This document shows, one piece after another, positions 62,169 through 64,000 of a stretch of DNA of 64,000 nt. Location: contig NW_024704742.1 of the NCBI RefSeq assembly GCF_018977255.1, positions 37,946,001-38,010,000 of the forward strand, read 5' to 3'. Origin of the DNA: Callorhinchus milii. Taxonomy: Eukaryota. The notes below the pieces were generated by a model, which saw nothing but the letters and a program-made list of their open reading frames with translations, was not told where the DNA came from and did not search any database. The translations under genes and the position numbers were made by a program. Each line of letters opens with the position of its first letter. The stretch's first letter is position 1.

Positions 62169-64000
62169 TAAAATTGCCCATAAATGCATTTGCAGTTTAG
62201 AATCAATCCAACAGTCAAAAAACAAGGCATTTGAGAGCAAGTTAATACTTACTCTGAAATGGCTTGTTTTGTGACTGATGACAAAGTCAGACGAGTTGGC
62301 ACAGCTTGGATTAGTGGGTTGGTTGGTGCACCCTGGGATGTTTTATAACAAATATTTTGTCCTGCGGAGAAAGGTATTTTCATAGTTGAAGTTTATTTGA
62401 TCACTTTGTAACTGCAGTTAATGTACAAAGGCCTGCTTGTGATTAAAATGCAAAGGAATTTATGTTCAGTTATAAAGCCAATACAGGAGTTAAATTGGCA
62501 AACTCCTCATAAAACCAATACAAATTGTGGAAAATAAGTTATCACAATGTTTATTTTTGAAACATACCTGTTAATTTTCTACTCTTTCTGCCAGGCATAA
62601 AAATAAGCTTATTTTTTCATCTGATGAGGAAAAGACTGTGATTGTGCTTCATTCACATTTTTCTAAAATTAACCATGTGGTTTAAATCAATTTAAAAGAT
62701 TAACCAGTTCAATAAGTGGCTGGAACCTATTGTACAGGACTGGATTTTACGGAAAAAACAAGGCAATTATGTGACCCATTGATAAATAGCATGTACCTTT
62801 AATGTCATGTCTTAGTTCCATGAAGCAGATTAAGTTAACGTTTAATAAAGGATTCTGTCTAGGATGTTTACTTATGGCAATTTAAAACTCAGTTGGGTTG
62901 TAATAATCCTGTCAAAGGCAGACAGACCCAATTCGTGCAGCGTTTTGCAATCATTCCAGATTGGTAAAGGTGCGGATCTGTAGTGACAAAAGAAACAAGC
63001 AAAACCATGAATAGTGGCAGGTAGCTGTCTTTTCAGGTCAGCAAATGTTTAGCCGAGTAAATAGAATCGGCGAAGAGAATGTTATAATCAGCAGGTCGGT
63101 AAAGCAGTATCCAGTTTCCAAGAGCTGTAAGTAACAGCATTGAGCCAGACCATTCACTGTATGAGGTGTAAAAACACAGTATCCTGCTATACTGTTAAAA
63201 TTGTGAAAACAGTCTTTTAAAATAAAGGTGCAAATTCAGTGTGTAAGAGTATTTGGATGTCTGCATCATCCAGTATGATGTGAATGATACAAACTCCACT
63301 TAAAGAGGAAAAGAAAAGCTTAAATAGGATGTGCGAGGAAACAAGAGGGTTTTCATGGTGTAGCTTGACCTCTCAAGTTACTGCCACATAGATGTAAGTT
63401 GGCTGATAAAAAACATCCTTAGCAAGCACTGTAATATTAGGACACACCTCTCATCTAAATTGAGTGAATTGCAGAGGGAGTGACCGTCGTACACTTTCCC
63501 ACACTCAAGCAGATAAAACAGCTATTTCTAAGTGGATTCACTGCTAAATTTGTGAAATTGCTGTGCTGCATAGAGAGTGCTAAGCTCCCTCTCCTCTCCC
63601 ACATACCATGACCAAGTGTATTTTCTCCAGTTAAGACCTACCATGTGTTGGTGAGCGGTATAATCACTCTAGTGTACAGCAAGTGGAGCCAAGCAGGATG
63701 TGAATGTTTTAATGATGTACAAAGTGCGTCTCGGTTTTATTATTGGATCATTTACCATGTGGGAAAACCTCCAGGAAGCTCTCAGGCAGGGACTGGTAAC
63801 AAAGGAGGCCTGGACCAGGGAGTGAATGTGGTCAATATGAATAATAACCACAGCATTAACAGGAAAAGTAACAGGTGAGTTCCCTGAGCTTTGTCTTATT
63901 TCAAAAAAACGCTGCTCAAAATGATTTGTACTTGAAATCCGGGATGTTGATTGTCTTCAAGGCCCTTCTAACTGCTGTCTGTAATAGATTAATACAGGAT

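Larger units (their letters stand above)
57697..64000 (+). other. SHROOM3: Start of the next intron of the SHROOM3-like gene
   Basis: Begins gtaaga; no further exon recognised. Confidence 0.6.

Noticed and set aside
1..64000. CRISPR array or prokaryotic operon or defence system
   Set aside because: No regularly spaced repeat-spacer array and no gene-dense ORFs; the window is vertebrate intronic DNA.

Overview
Vertebrate genomic DNA, AT-rich and dense in repeats. The repeats (tRNA-derived Deu/SacSINE1-like SINEs, L2 and CR1 LINE fragments) suggest a cartilaginous fish, possibly a chimaera; this is an inference. I can support only one host coding exon: a 155-bp internal exon on the + strand (57542-57696) encoding the C-terminal half of a Shroom-family PDZ domain, best matching SHROOM3 exon 2. 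The rest of the window is therefore probably its long first intron and the start of intron 2. Nearly all ORFs in the track are chance ORFs or decayed LINE reverse-transcriptase pieces. I see no prokaryotic-type system, CRISPR array or genuine tRNA gene. The most notable signals are: (i) two independent insertions at the same GC^TATAT position of the shared L2/SINE 3' tail; (ii) a young SINE that looks chimeric (tRNA-Ala head, CORE-like segment, Deu segment, L2 tail); (iii) an unclassified modular repeat family that repeatedly occurs as local inverted pairs; (iv) L2 copies truncated at nearly the same RT position; (v) a 182-bp solo LTR with a target-site duplication (TSD); and (vi) candidate intronic promoter, enhancer and CTCF sites. 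Repeat boundaries and alignments were made by eye and are approximate; no database searches were run.
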